From: Microcoleus sp.
GTDB lineage: Bacteria; Cyanobacteriota; Cyanobacteriia; Cyanobacteriales; Microcoleaceae
Length of the DNA: 64,000 bases
Assembly: GCA_052279835.1 (NCBI GenBank)
Contig: CP181291.1
Coordinates: 192,001-256,000 of the forward strand
Reading direction: 5' to 3'
The notes beneath the pieces were generated by a model, which worked only from the letters and a program-made list of their open reading frames with translations, ran no database searches and had not been told where the DNA came from. Numbering within the stretch: the first letter of the stretch is position 1; every line of letters begins with the position of its first letter. Below are positions 48,446-59,182 of the stretch, one piece after another. The position numbers and the translations under genes were made by a program.

Positions 48446-51248
48446 TTGCCGATCGCACTAAAATGATTGTACACTCACACCCGCGCGCCACAGCCTCCGG
48501 GATATTCCCGTGCATCACCTGTTTGAGCAGTCCTTCACGGCTAGCTCCCAAGACGATCGCATCACACTGGTCATTTTGAGCTAAATCAATTAAAGCATCA
48601 GACACAGACTTAGCGCAAACCGAAGTTGAAATTACCTGACAGCCCACCTGGCGCTTGAGAAACTCCCCGGCTTGCTGCAATTCATCGCGATTCGGTGATG
48701 CGACAGAAGGCTGGTGTACCTGACATAATCTAATCTCCGGTACTTGACTCGCCGCCACAAAAGCAGGTAACAGTCGCAAAGCCGCCGCTTGCTTGTAACC
48801 ACCACGAATTGGCACCAGCCAACGCTGCAATCCCATCAGCGTGTGTAATCCCAATTCCTCGGTTTGAATATCGGAATGTGGCGCAGAAATTTCTTCAGTT
48901 TGAAACTCAGGATTTGTGATTTGAGATGGGGAATTTTCTACCATGTTTATATTAGTTAAATCCAGAGATTCTTGACTCAATGCTTTTTTCGGGATTCCTA
49001 TTTTGTCTCCCCAGCCTCTTTTTTGCCCTTTTTGTAATAACTTTTCACTCCATTTTACTAAAACAACTTCACAACCAGCTTGCCGAATTACGGTATCTAC
49101 AACATCGCCAAAAATGCGTCCAGTGGTCGATTTTTCGCCTTGCCAGCCCATCAAAATCAGATCGATATGTCGCTCCCTAATTATCTCTAAAATCGCATAA
49201 GCAACGTCGTGAGATACCCGTATTTGGGTGTGTAGTGGAACATCCCAATGGCGGGCGATGCGCTCGGCTTGTTGCAGCAGGCGTCGGCCTTTTGTTGTGC
49301 GCACGGCGCTTTCTGAAGGAGAACTGTTGCGGGGTACTAGCATGATTTGCACGCATTCTAGTTCGTAGTTGCGATCGCGCGCAATTGTCGCCGCCAGTCG
49401 TAGCAAAGCTGGTGCTGTGTAGGGATTCGACAGCGGTACTAACAAGCGACCATTTCCTACCTGGGGAGCTCTGGTTTGATATACAACATAAGAAGGTTCT
49501 GGACTTGTCCCCTGTTTTGTTTCTCCGCTCAATCTATTGGACTCAACTCGAATAATATCACTCCGGGTAATAATGCCTATTAAATGTCGTCCTTCTGTGA
49601 CTGGTAAGCGGCTGAGATTGTACTTGCTAAGCCTGTGTAAAACTTCGCTTAAAGTATCGTTTGCTGTCACAGTTATTGGCTGGGAAGTCATAAATTCTTT
49701 GAGTAGCGCATTGCCCAAAAAATTACGTTTTTTGGCATTAGCTAAATCTGATTGACTGACAATTCCCACTAATTTTCCAGCTTCCACTACTGGAAAACCT
49801 CGGTGAGTCGATCGCGAAAAAGCCTGCATTACTTCATCAAAAGTCAGTTGACTCGAAAGAGTTTCAACTTGGCGCTGCATGACATTAGCTGCGTACAAGT
49901 CACTCAAACCATCAACAGCAGGTTTATCTTTTTTCAGTTGGATACCGTTAAACTGCAAAAGGCGATCGTACAAAGAGCCACTGTCCACCTTTTCCGCAAC
50001 TAAATAAGCCACTACAGAACAAATCATCAAAGGTAGCACCAACTTGAAATCCGCCGTAATTTCAAACACAATAACTACCGCCGTAATCGGAGCCCTAGAA
50101 ACCGCACAAAAAAAAGCTCCCATTCCCGCCAAAGCATAAGTAACCGGCAAACCAACACCAAGCCAATCTGCCTGTAATATTCCCACCATATGACCTAGGG
50201 CAGAACCCAGAACTAGGGAAGGTGCAAATAATCCTCCCGGTGCTCCTGAAGCAGCAGATATAATAGTCAAACAAAAGTGAGCAATAAAAGCAATTAAACT
50301 TGTGACACCGCTAGCTTCTCCGGTTAGTAAAAATTCGCGCAATCCAGTATTATTACGGAAATTTTCTGGCAATAATGCTATTACTAAACCGCAAATAAAT
50401 CCAGCTAAAGCTATTCTAAAAGGTAAGGCAAGTTTGAGAGTTTTTCTATTAAATTTCAATCCCGCCAGAATTCCTTTACTGAACAAAGCTCCCAGGAAGC
50501 CTGCTAAAACTCCTAACAGTACATAAAACGGAATTTCCCCAGCCGAAAAACTGGTTTGGTACTCTCGTAAATTGAGATTTAAACTATCACCGCCCAAAAT
50601 TTGTGAGACAACCGCACCAATGAAAGAAGCAATAATGGCAGTACCTAAAGTCAGCCCTGAAACATCGTGCAGTAGTTCTTCGACGACAAACAAAACCCCT
50701 GCAATGGGAGCATTAAAACCCGCAGCTAATCCCGCCGCAGCGCCACAAGCAATCAATTGTCGGCGGTAGTCTGGAGAAGTTGGCATTAAGTGACCAATCC
50801 AGTCGGCCAAAGACGCTCCAATTTGGACAGTGGGGCCTTGTCTACCCAGGGTTAAACCGGAACCAACTGCTAAAATAGTGGTGAGAAGTTTAGCAACAGC
50901 TACTCGTAAATTTAAAGAAAGATTGACACCAGAAAGAGCAGCTTTGACATGGGGAATGCCACTACCCGCAGTTTCAGGAGCCCAACGTTCCACCAAAAAA
51001 CCTGTCAGCAACCCGCCGCATAAACCGACAGCCGGAAGTAAGATTACTGCGGGAATTAATGTTGAGGTAGCTACTCGCCAACTGCCGAGCCATCCGACTC
51101 CTAATTTGAGTAAAACACCAGCCAATCCTGAAATTAAGCCAATCAGACAAGCTTCAAAGATAGCGAGGCGTTTCGGGCGTAAAAACAGTTGAGATTCGAT
51201 GACCCTGGAAGATTCCCTAAATTGTTTAGGGATAGGAATATACCGCAT
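48441..51248 (-). CDS. ClC chloride channel/antiporter with CBS and USP domains
   Basis: GSGIP, GRQGP (Gln at the gating-Glu position), GGLFAP, two CBS domains, two USP-like domains. Confidence 0.92.
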   Translation of the reverse strand: MRYIPIPKQFRESSRVIESQLFLRPKRLAIFEACLIGLISGLAGVLLKLGVGWLGSWRVATSTLIPAVILLPAVGLCGGLLTGFLVERWAPETAGSGIPHVKAALSGVNLSLNLRVAVAKLLTTILAVGSGLTLGRQGPTVQIGASLADWIGHLMPTSPDYRRQLIACGAAAGLAAGFNAPIAGVLFVVEELLHDVSGLTLGTAIIASFIGAVVSQILGGDSLNLNLREYQTSFSAGEIPFYVLLGVLAGFLGALFSKGILAGLKFNRKTLKLALPFRIALAGFICGLVIALLPENFRNNTGLREFLLTGEASGVTSLIAFIAHFCLTIISAASGAPGGLFAPSLVLGSALGHMVGILQADWLGVGLPVTYALAGMGAFFCAVSRAPITAVVIVFEITADFKLVLPLMICSVVAYLVAEKVDSGSLYDRLLQFNGIQLKKDKPAVDGLSDLYAANVMQRQVETLSSQLTFDEVMQAFSRSTHRGFPVVEAGKLVGIVSQSDLANAKKRNFLGNALLKEFMTSQPITVTANDTLSEVLHRLSKYNLSRLPVTEGRHLIGIITRSDIIRVESNRLSGETKQGTSPEPSYVVYQTRAPQVGNGRLLVPLSNPYTAPALLRLAATIARDRNYELECVQIMLVPRNSSPSESAVRTTKGRRLLQQAERIARHWDVPLHTQIRVSHDVAYAILEIIRERHIDLILMGWQGEKSTTGRIFGDVVDTVIRQAGCEVVLVKWSEKLLQKGQKRGWGDKIGIPKKALSQESLDLTNINMVENSPSQITNPEFQTEEISAPHSDIQTEELGLHTLMGLQRWLVPIRGGYKQAAALRLLPAFVAASQVPEIRLCQVHQPSVASPNRDELQQAGEFLKRQVGCQVISTSVCAKSVSDALIDLAQNDQCDAIVLGASREGLLKQVMHGNIPEAVARGCECTIILVRSAN

Positions 51249-51374
51249 AAATAGGGTTTATTACCTGAAATTTTTAGCTGTTACCAGACTTTAACAACAA
51301 AATCCATCGATTGGACAAAATATAACTAATATTTAACCGCAGATACACGCAGATTAACGCGAATTAATTATACA

Positions 51375-53312
51375 CTACCTATTTTTGCCAAACTTACTAT
51401 CCTGCAAAGAATTCCCAATCCCCTGAATCACTCCCCGCCCCACCAAGCCAATTCCCCGCCCAACTACCTCAGTCAAAACATAAACAACACCCACACCAAA
51501 CAGCGAAACAACTGCCCGAAGCCTAGGCGCGATCGCATCCCTCGTTTCCAGCACCAAAGTCAACGCCAACCGCCATCCAGAAAGCCGTGCTAACTCCACA
51601 TTTCTGGGAGCATAAATACAAACCCTATGAATTCCCGAATCCCTCAACACAAACAGCCAAAACCTACTCTCAAAAATGGCTTTCGGTTCCACAAAATAAC
51701 TTTCCCAACGATACTTCCAAGATAAATTATTCCGAAACCGCTCAATCTCTCGTGTCGAAATTAACTTCCCATCATAAAATTTTTGCTTAACTTCCTCAAT
51801 ATTCCCAAAATTGTTTAGCAGAGGCTGCACCACTCCACTAGCAACTTGAATTACCAAATTTTCCAACAAATACTCAGCCCGCTGCATTGCTTCTGGACTC
51901 CCAGCCAGACAAGAATTATTATCAAGAATCAAGGGATTTTCAAATAGCAAATGTGCAAAAAAATCAACGGTAAGCGGTATTTTGTCAATAATTTCTGCCC
52001 CAACTTCCTCCCGGTCAGAAAGTAGCACTGGGACAACTTCTACCCCATTTATTTTTCCTAAAAATTCCCCACTTTCAGCTAAACTATTGGAGACTTTTAA
52101 ATCTGTTTGAACTTCATCTAAAATCCCAGGTTCCCTGACTTGCAGAGTATAGTATCTGCCAAAAAAATCGATGATTGTATCTTGCCACAAATTCCGCAAA
52201 ATAGCAGGCATTTTTTCCGTCAATTGAGTTGGCTGCACCTGAGAAAAACGTAACTCTTCGAGCACTTCTTCCAATTGTCCCAGGATACAATTAATCAATT
52301 CCAGCTTTTTGGTCGATCGCAAAACATCAATTTCCAAAGGCACGCCACTCAAATTCACCACATCAAACTGCAACTTAGCAGCCACCGAGTCAAACAAACT
52401 ACCTTGCCAATTACCTCCCTCTGTCGAATCATTGACCAAAAAATCTGTATTCTTAACTACTAATTCCGAATTAATTAATAGATTATTCCCTCTTCCCCCT
52501 CCCCTCTGCTTACCCTGAGCCCCAGGGATTTCTTCCCTCTCCCTTCTTCTTGGTGTTGGCAATAACTGACTCACCACCCAGCGAGCAGCCAGCAATTCTC
52601 GGTGATGTCCGCTCAGCAACAAACTATCCAAAATCGAGCCAAAATCATCGTTCCCAGTAGTTTTTGTCTCTTGTAACTCAGCTTTTACTACTGCCAAAGT
52701 TGCGTCTATTTGCCGCAGCCCAGACAGGCAAATATCAGCCAATATTTTTTGGTGTATTGGCGTAGTAACTGTCGGAGCATCTACTATTTGTTCTACATCT
52801 GTGGCAGAGTTTTCTGTTGATTGAACTCCCCCTAAATTCAGTGGAATTTCCCAGCTCACTGCCACATCTTCTGGCCAATAACTTTCACCCGATGCCACCA
52901 AGCGAATCACTGCCATTGTCAGCGCAATATCTCTACCTTTAGGACAATAGCCATTGACACCTGCTTCCTGCAAAATTGCCCGCGACTCTGCCGTCAGTGG
53001 CCCACCGAGGAGCAACAGCGACAATTCGGGGTACAAACTTGCTAACTGGCGACAAAAGGCGATCGCCGACATTTCGCCCACTTCGCTCACTTCGCCCGAT
53101 CGCACCCGTGGCGTATCAAAATCAAATATTACCAAATCTGGTGGCTTCGCTTCTCCATTCGCGATCGATCGCCCTTCTAGAAGCAACAAAGCCTCTGCCG
53201 GCGTTGAAACCTCCGCAAAAATTTGCAAATCAGGATAATCCTGGCAAGCAATTCGCAATCCCAGGCGGAAAATGGGGTCATTACCGATCGACAACAATTG
53301 AAAATTAGTCAT
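51375..53312 (-). CDS. DUF3685 (Ycf55-like) protein with degenerate receiver domain
   Basis: N-terminal DPIFRLGL...GYCPKG; C-terminal STREIERFRNNLSW, LETRDAIAPR, GRGIGLVGRG. Confidence 0.85.
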   Translation of the reverse strand: MTNFQLLSIGNDPIFRLGLRIACQDYPDLQIFAEVSTPAEALLLLEGRSIANGEAKPPDLVIFDFDTPRVRSGEVSEVGEMSAIAFCRQLASLYPELSLLLLGGPLTAESRAILQEAGVNGYCPKGRDIALTMAVIRLVASGESYWPEDVAVSWEIPLNLGGVQSTENSATDVEQIVDAPTVTTPIHQKILADICLSGLRQIDATLAVVKAELQETKTTGNDDFGSILDSLLLSGHHRELLAARWVVSQLLPTPRRREREEIPGAQGKQRGGGRGNNLLINSELVVKNTDFLVNDSTEGGNWQGSLFDSVAAKLQFDVVNLSGVPLEIDVLRSTKKLELINCILGQLEEVLEELRFSQVQPTQLTEKMPAILRNLWQDTIIDFFGRYYTLQVREPGILDEVQTDLKVSNSLAESGEFLGKINGVEVVPVLLSDREEVGAEIIDKIPLTVDFFAHLLFENPLILDNNSCLAGSPEAMQRAEYLLENLVIQVASGVVQPLLNNFGNIEEVKQKFYDGKLISTREIERFRNNLSWKYRWESYFVEPKAIFESRFWLFVLRDSGIHRVCIYAPRNVELARLSGWRLALTLVLETRDAIAPRLRAVVSLFGVGVVYVLTEVVGRGIGLVGRGVIQGIGNSLQDSKFGKNR

Positions 53313-53430
53313 CAAACAGCAGAAGGTACGGGATAGGGGTACATGGGAAGAATGGGGGAGATAGGGAGAAAGGATTTGTGGAGCTATCACCCCTAGAGCA
53401 ATGGCCGATCGCGATCGACCTTCAGCCCCA

Positions 53431-55653
53431 TTACTCTGGAATTAAATTACCGTCTGGAGGACCAGCCGACTCCGGGATCGGAGGTGGAGGCGCGGGTTCG
53501 GGAGCCGGAGGAGGAGCAGCAGGTTCAGGAGCTGGTGCTGGAGCCTCCTGTCGCGCTGGCGGATAGTAAGGCTCTGCTTGTCGTGCTGGCGGATAGTAAG
53601 GCTCCGCTTGTCGCGCTGGCGGATAGTAAGGCTCTGCTTGTCGTGCTGGCGGATAGTAAGGCTCAGGCTCCTGCTGCGGTGCTTGCTGCCGAGCCGGTGG
53701 GTAATCAGGTTCGGGAGCCGGAGCAGGCTCTGGAGGTGGGGCATATTCCTCCCGCACAGGAGGTGGAGCGTATTCCTGCTGTCGCGGAGCCGGCGCATAC
53801 TCTTCCACAGAAGCTGGCTCAGCTTGGCGAGGACGTTCCGCTGGTACTGGTGCGCTTCTGGCACTGAGTTCGGCACTCCAGCGCCCGATCGCGCTAGCAG
53901 CCTCCGAATGCAGAGCTCTACCGTAACTGACCTGGGATGCCATATCGATCGCCGCTCCCAACCTGCCTTGAGACGCCAACTCAGCAGCTCGATCCAGAAT
54001 TGGTCGATCTTGAGCCACTTGCAAGTCGCTGACCCATTGATAGACATTATCCTGAGCTTTAGCATATAAAGTTCTACCGCTCTTGATTTGGGAAGCCTTA
54101 TCAATAGCCTCGCTTAGCTTTCCTTGCTTTGCCAGAGCCAGCGCCCCGTCCAAAAACGGCTGATCTTCCACAATTTCTATGCGTTTAGTCCAGCTCGCCA
54201 GGAGAGTTTGGGCTTCTAGCCTGCGGGGGCGGTTTTGAGCGATCAGAGTTACCTGAGCGATCGCACCCTTTAGTCCTTCAACAGTTCCCGGTGCAGCCAA
54301 CTGCTTGGCCAGCATCACAAAAGATTTGTCCTCTATCCGCTGAATGTCTTTGCGCCACGCAGCCACCAAAGTTTGAGCGTGCACTCGTCGCGGCTGACTC
54401 GGCCCGATGGTTTGCGCTTGGTCGATCGCGATTTCCAAGGCTCCAGGTAGACCAATACTGGCGATCGAATTCGCCATTTGCAGCCGCACCAAATCTTGAA
54501 ACTGCACTTGCAAACTCTCTATTTGACCTTGAGCCTTCTGGTATAGAGGACGGCCTGGAGCAATCTTACTAGCAGCGCCTTGACCTTCTAGCAAGCTAAA
54601 AATATGTTCTCCTAGAGGTGTGGTAATCGACTGATTCCAAGTCACCGCCACAGCCCTACCAAACTGCATCAAATCTTGGGCTTCGGCAAACAGAGGTGAA
54701 TCCGGTGGCACCACAGAAGCCGCCTCGATCGTCCCGTTCAAATCCTTCGCCTGCAAGCGTTTATTCGCCATTGCCAGCAAAATCTTACTCCACCCTGCAA
54801 TTTCCTCCTCTGCTTTGGCGCGCGCAAACAGTTTCGAGTCTATTTTTCTAGCCAAGACGATCGCCTCTGCAAACTTTTGCGGAGTTTCATCCTTCGCCAA
54901 CTCCTTCGCCTCGGACAAGCGCTGCCAGCCGTTTCTTTCCACAGCTATCTGCTGGACTAACTCGTTGTAGCGTTTCTGACTCCAGAAAATATTGTCCAGT
55001 TTAAACAGAGCTTGAGCGTAATCCCAGGCTTTTCTTAAATCGTCAACTTTCAAAGCCGCTTGAGCAGTATCGTAGAGCTTTTGACCTTCCTGCCAATTTT
55101 TTTCCCAAGCGGTAACAGCCTCCTGTACCTCCGGGTAAGACGGACTCGTTTTGGGAATTTTTGCCACAATGTCCATTGCACCTTTCAAGTCCCCCGCCTC
55201 GATTCTGGCTTTGGCAAATCCCAAAATTGCTTTCGACCATTCTCCTACCAAATGTTGGCCCTGGGAGTAGAGTGGGTGTTCTTTGGGCCAAGCCTGCACC
55301 AGGACGATCGCGGATTCTAGCTGTTCTAGTTTCCCAGACTTAGCCGCTTGCTGAGCGCAATAAAGCCGCTCTCCGTCGGCTGCTAGTGGCGAAAGTTGCT
55401 GGCAATTGGGAGGCGGTGGCATCGTCAGCAACCACAGAAATGCTGCTACACCCGTTACTCCAAAGCCCACCAGGACTGTCAGCCAGATGAGCTGCCACTG
55501 CCAAAAACTTCTTTTAGTTTCGACTATCGGTGGCGCTATCGCTTCTGAGCCATCATCCCCTGTAACCGAGTCTGCACTTAATTTTGCTGTCGGTTCCGAG
55601 GGGTGGTTGTATGTCACTGGTCTTGAGAATTTGTCAGATTGTCGTCTCGCCAT
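53431..55653 (-). CDS. Conserved membrane-anchored helical-repeat protein with Pro-rich tail
   Basis: Single TM, PP.PNC...RLYCA, alpha-helical repeats; QAEPYYPPAR tandem repeats. Confidence 0.8.
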   Translation of the reverse strand: MARRQSDKFSRPVTYNHPSEPTAKLSADSVTGDDGSEAIAPPIVETKRSFWQWQLIWLTVLVGFGVTGVAAFLWLLTMPPPPNCQQLSPLAADGERLYCAQQAAKSGKLEQLESAIVLVQAWPKEHPLYSQGQHLVGEWSKAILGFAKARIEAGDLKGAMDIVAKIPKTSPSYPEVQEAVTAWEKNWQEGQKLYDTAQAALKVDDLRKAWDYAQALFKLDNIFWSQKRYNELVQQIAVERNGWQRLSEAKELAKDETPQKFAEAIVLARKIDSKLFARAKAEEEIAGWSKILLAMANKRLQAKDLNGTIEAASVVPPDSPLFAEAQDLMQFGRAVAVTWNQSITTPLGEHIFSLLEGQGAASKIAPGRPLYQKAQGQIESLQVQFQDLVRLQMANSIASIGLPGALEIAIDQAQTIGPSQPRRVHAQTLVAAWRKDIQRIEDKSFVMLAKQLAAPGTVEGLKGAIAQVTLIAQNRPRRLEAQTLLASWTKRIEIVEDQPFLDGALALAKQGKLSEAIDKASQIKSGRTLYAKAQDNVYQWVSDLQVAQDRPILDRAAELASQGRLGAAIDMASQVSYGRALHSEAASAIGRWSAELSARSAPVPAERPRQAEPASVEEYAPAPRQQEYAPPPVREEYAPPPEPAPAPEPDYPPARQQAPQQEPEPYYPPARQAEPYYPPARQAEPYYPPARQAEPYYPPARQEAPAPAPEPAAPPPAPEPAPPPPIPESAGPPDGNLIPE
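53549..53664. repeat. 30-bp coding tandem repeat x4
   Basis: TCG(C/T)GCTGGCGGATAGTAAGGCTC(T/C)GCTTG units encoding (Q)AEPYYPPAR. Confidence 0.9.
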
Positions 55654-55925
55654 TACTTCAGCCTATCCTGTAATGCGCTTGTGCATTTGGTAGTAATCAA
55701 ACGCAGGTAAATTATACAGTAATTGACCTACTGCTATGCAGTTAGGACAGGGGGGATAATAATTCATGCTGCACAGATGCTCGATCGCGTTGGCAATTTT
55801 CAACTCCTCAACTTTCGAGATTTGCACTCAACACCGTTTATAAAAACCTACTCAAATCTACTCATCAGTAAATAAGAACTAGATAAAAGTCTGCGGTGTA
55901 ACTTTTGGTCGATAACCCAATTTTT

Positions 55926-56378
55926 TTACGATCCGTTGGGGAGTGAGCCTTCTGCCGTTGATTCCGGCGATCGATAGCCGTAGAAGTCTATCCGGTAATC
56001 TACGATCCGAACTCCCGTTTGTTGTTCAATTTGTGCGATCAAGTCTGGGGGCAATTCCACATGAATGTCGAGAATCTGAGACGTATCTAGACAATTGACG
56101 TGAGAGTGAGAATCGCTGACATTGCCGTACAAGCGTCCTTCCGATCGCTCTATGCACTCAATAATCCCTTCTCTAGATAGGGCTTCGAGGTTTTGATACA
56201 CCGATGTGTGACCGATCGAATGTGCTTGTTGATTTAGGCGATCGTATATTTCACGCGCTGAGAGGTGTTCTTGCGCCTCCCACAGGAGTTCGAGAATAAA
56301 TCGACGCTGGCGGCTCAAGCGCATTCCCATCGCCTGACAGCGATTTAAAGCATCTTCTAATGAACGAATTGGTTTCAC
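55926..56378 (-). CDS. Fur-family transcriptional regulator (FurC/PerR-like)
   Basis: GMRLSRQR..IL, HLSAREIY, TSVYQNL, HSHVNC. Confidence 0.85.
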   Translation of the reverse strand: MKPIRSLEDALNRCQAMGMRLSRQRRFILELLWEAQEHLSAREIYDRLNQQAHSIGHTSVYQNLEALSREGIIECIERSEGRLYGNVSDSHSHVNCLDTSQILDIHVELPPDLIAQIEQQTGVRIVDYRIDFYGYRSPESTAEGSLPNGS

Positions 56379-56633
56379 AGCTACCGCCTTCTAAAGCCTG
56401 CTCGATTTTTAACTCTCGTACAACGTTGCACGCGGACCCTAATTTCCTTAATTCTAACGCAGGGTGGCCCAAAGGTATAGCAGAAGGAGAAAGGAAGATG
56501 GAAGATGGAAGATGGAAGAAGGAAAATGCCACAAAATCCATGATTTCTGCAATTAAGAAATTCCTAACAGAGAAATTGGCCCTTAAAAAAGCCTTCAAAC
56601 CTAACATCCTTCCACCTTCTAGCATCCCAAGTC

Positions 56634-57590
56634 CTAGGGAGAAGATTTGATAGCGTGAATCAGTAACTTAGCTATTTCCGAGAGTTGCTTTTTGTTAAAA
56701 GTTTTGAGCAAAAGCTTGACTACCGCCTTCGGTTCCGCAGGAAGTGCTATGGACTCAGACGCTGGGGCTGTTGCTGGAACGCTGGCCGCTACTTGTGGGG
56801 ATGCTGCCAAAAGCAGTAAATTTTTACTCGGAGCGATCGCCTTGACTTTCCCCCCTTGCACCAAATCGCCAGCATCCTTAAGCTCCTTAATAATCAGTGG
56901 AGCTAACACCTTATAAGAGTTTTTCGGATTGGCGATCGCCACCCTAGCGGTTTTGACTAAACTTTGCCAACTTTCGATACCGGTTCCCAACTTATACAGA
57001 CGAACACACAAATCAGACAACTGCTGGCGAGTAGCAGCCGACTCTTTCGCCTTGAACACCTGCAACATTTCTTTGAGTAACACCATTACCGAAGCTGTAA
57101 AATTTGTCGTCGAGACTGTGGGAGCAGCCCCAGACGAACCAGACTTAGCCGCCACCCCAGCAACTTTGCCAGAAACTAAATTATTGAGGTGAGTTTCCAG
57201 TTGAGCAAAGGCCGGCATGATTTGCTGGACCAGTTTCTCTCCCTCTTCATTCCTCAACCCAAAAGGCCCCGACATCCGCTGCACCAAATCCTTAAGCGTA
57301 TCAACTCCTTTGAGAAACAAAGATTCTGCTGTTTGGTCAACCTGTTTAACGGGCCCGTCCTTGAGAATCTTAAAACAATCTTCCAATCTGTGAGCGGTTG
57401 TTTTAATACTATCCAAGCCCAGCATCGCCGCCCCACCTTTGACTGAGTGGGCGGCTCGAAACATCTCTTGAAGGCTTTCGGGGTCTTTCATCGTGGACTT
57501 TAAATCCACCAAACCATTTTCTAGAGTATCGAGGTGCTCCTTAGCCTCCTCTATAAATAAACGTAAAATTCGGTCTTGCTGGTCTGACAC
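56634..57590 (-). CDS. Hpt-domain protein (CheA P1-like)
   Basis: FIEEA.EHL..LE, FRAAHSVKGGAAMLG, AHRLED. Confidence 0.85.
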   Translation of the reverse strand: MSDQQDRILRLFIEEAKEHLDTLENGLVDLKSTMKDPESLQEMFRAAHSVKGGAAMLGLDSIKTTAHRLEDCFKILKDGPVKQVDQTAESLFLKGVDTLKDLVQRMSGPFGLRNEEGEKLVQQIMPAFAQLETHLNNLVSGKVAGVAAKSGSSGAAPTVSTTNFTASVMVLLKEMLQVFKAKESAATRQQLSDLCVRLYKLGTGIESWQSLVKTARVAIANPKNSYKVLAPLIIKELKDAGDLVQGGKVKAIAPSKNLLLLAASPQVAASVPATAPASESIALPAEPKAVVKLLLKTFNKKQLSEIAKLLIHAIKSSP

Positions 57591-57745
57591 AACAGTCCTC
57601 CTAACAATCTCAGCACCCTCCAGAAAGCACTCCTAACCAGGAAAGTAACGCGACTCATACCAAGAGTCGGAATCTCCTATGCAAGATATTCTAGCCTCAA
57701 CAGCTAGCACAGTCACCAAAAAACGGGGTCTGAAGCCCCGTCGTT

Positions 57746-57886
57746 CTACGACGGCTTTTTCTTCTCTTTCAATGTCCTAATTAATTCTCTAAGTACATCG
57801 GTCTTGGTTCTACCCACGTCCTTGCAGTATTGCTCAAGAATCTCAAACTCAAATCCCTCGATCCGAAAATCTAAACGTTTCTTCAT
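57746..57886 (-). CDS. Small RHH/CopG-like DNA-binding protein (46 aa; not in the ORF track)
   Basis: MKKRLDFRIEGFEFEILEQYCKDVGRTKTDVLRELIRTLKEKKKPS: a beta strand plus two helices; divergent from tnpB. Confidence 0.7.
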   Translation of the reverse strand: MKKRLDFRIEGFEFEILEQYCKDVGRTKTDVLRELIRTLKEKKKPS

Positions 57887-57931
57887 GATTTATCCGGCTT
57901 TTTGCTGTACTATATTATAGGAGGATGAGTC

Positions 57932-59182
57932 ATGTTTGGTTGCCAACAAAATCTAATTCGAGCTGGTTCAGATACTCAAGCCATTCTTGAGTATCTGTGT
58001 TCTGAAGCTACAAAGCTTTCTAACTGCGGAACCTACTATGCTCGTCAGATATTTTTCAAGACTGGTAAAATCCCAAATCGAGCTCAATTGCACAAAGTTT
58101 TGGGAACCGAGAATAGGAACTTGCACTATCAAGCGTTTTATTCTGATACCGCCCAGCAAATTTTAACTGGTGTCGCCGAGTCTTTCAAATCCTTTCTAGG
58201 ATTACTGAAAGCGTTTAAAAATGGGACAATTACAGACCGCCCTAAACTACCAAAATATCGTCAAGGTGGAATGGCGCTTGTGACGTTCACTGGTAGGTCG
58301 GTAAAACTCAAGGATGGAATGTTGAGATTTCCGTTGGGTAGCAAAGTTAAAGCGTGGTTCGGGCTAGATGCGTTTTTTCTGCCGATGCCATCAAATCTTG
58401 ATTTTCAGGCAATTCGAGAGTATCGAATTCTTCCCCGCAATGGCTGCTTTTACCTGGAATTCGTCTATAAAACGACTGACATCCAGGCTCTTGTAGACCC
58501 CGCCAAGTGCTTAATGATTGACCACGGCGTAGACAACTGGCTGACTTGCGTAAGCAATGCGGGCACAAGTTTTATCATTGACGGTAAGCATTTAAAATCG
58601 CTCAACCAGGGGTATAACAAGCGGGTTGCATTTTTGATGGAAGGCAAATCTAACGGATTCTGGTCTAAAAGACTTGCCAATTTGACCGAAAGACGTAACC
58701 GCCAGATGCGAGATGCCGTCAACAAAGCTGCAAGGAAGGTAATTGACCACTGTTTGAAAAATTGCATAGGAACGGTTGTATTTGGTTGGAATAAGGGACA
58801 AAAAAATTCTGCCAACATGGGTAGCAAAACTCATCAAAAGTTTGTACAAATCCCTACTGGCAGACTGAAGGATAGAATTACTCAACTTTGTGAGCAGTAT
58901 GGATTAAAGTTTGTAGAAACCGAAGAATCTTATTCTTCTAAGGCTTCGTTTGTTGATCATGATTTGCTACCTACGTTCGGCGAAAAACCTGAAGGGTGGC
59001 TTCCCAGTGGCAAACGAATTAAGCGTGGTTTGTATCGAACGGCTCAAGGTTGGTTAATTAATGCAGATTGTAACGGCTGTGGAAATATTGGTAGAAAAGT
59101 AGCGGTGATGCTTGGACTCGATCTAAGTGGAATCGGTAGAGGCCAATTGTCAGCGCCTTTGAGACTCAAATTGTGGTCTTAA
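57932..59182 (+). CDS. tnpB: RNA-guided endonuclease TnpB
   Basis: SFKSF..L, P.LPKYR, RuvC-I IDHG, ETEESY, R.KRGLY, RuvC-III NADCNG; SD GGAGG upstream. Confidence 0.93.
   Translation: MFGCQQNLIRAGSDTQAILEYLCSEATKLSNCGTYYARQIFFKTGKIPNRAQLHKVLGTENRNLHYQAFYSDTAQQILTGVAESFKSFLGLLKAFKNGTITDRPKLPKYRQGGMALVTFTGRSVKLKDGMLRFPLGSKVKAWFGLDAFFLPMPSNLDFQAIREYRILPRNGCFYLEFVYKTTDIQALVDPAKCLMIDHGVDNWLTCVSNAGTSFIIDGKHLKSLNQGYNKRVAFLMEGKSNGFWSKRLANLTERRNRQMRDAVNKAARKVIDHCLKNCIGTVVFGWNKGQKNSANMGSKTHQKFVQIPTGRLKDRITQLCEQYGLKFVETEESYSSKASFVDHDLLPTFGEKPEGWLPSGKRIKRGLYRTAQGWLINADCNGCGNIGRKVAVMLGLDLSGIGRGQLSAPLRLKLWS

Noticed and set aside
53549..53664. CRISPR-like 30-bp repeats
   Set aside because: Head-to-tail coding repeats with no spacers.
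53442..54572. Long alternative-frame ORFs (53442..54104, 53484..53867, 53578..54069, 54291..54572)
   Set aside because: They are by-products of the GC-rich 30-bp repeat region of the real gene 53431..55653.
56251..56650. ORFs 56251..56625 and 56360..56650
   Set aside because: They overlap the Fur gene and a GGAAGAT heptamer repeat, with no protein motifs.
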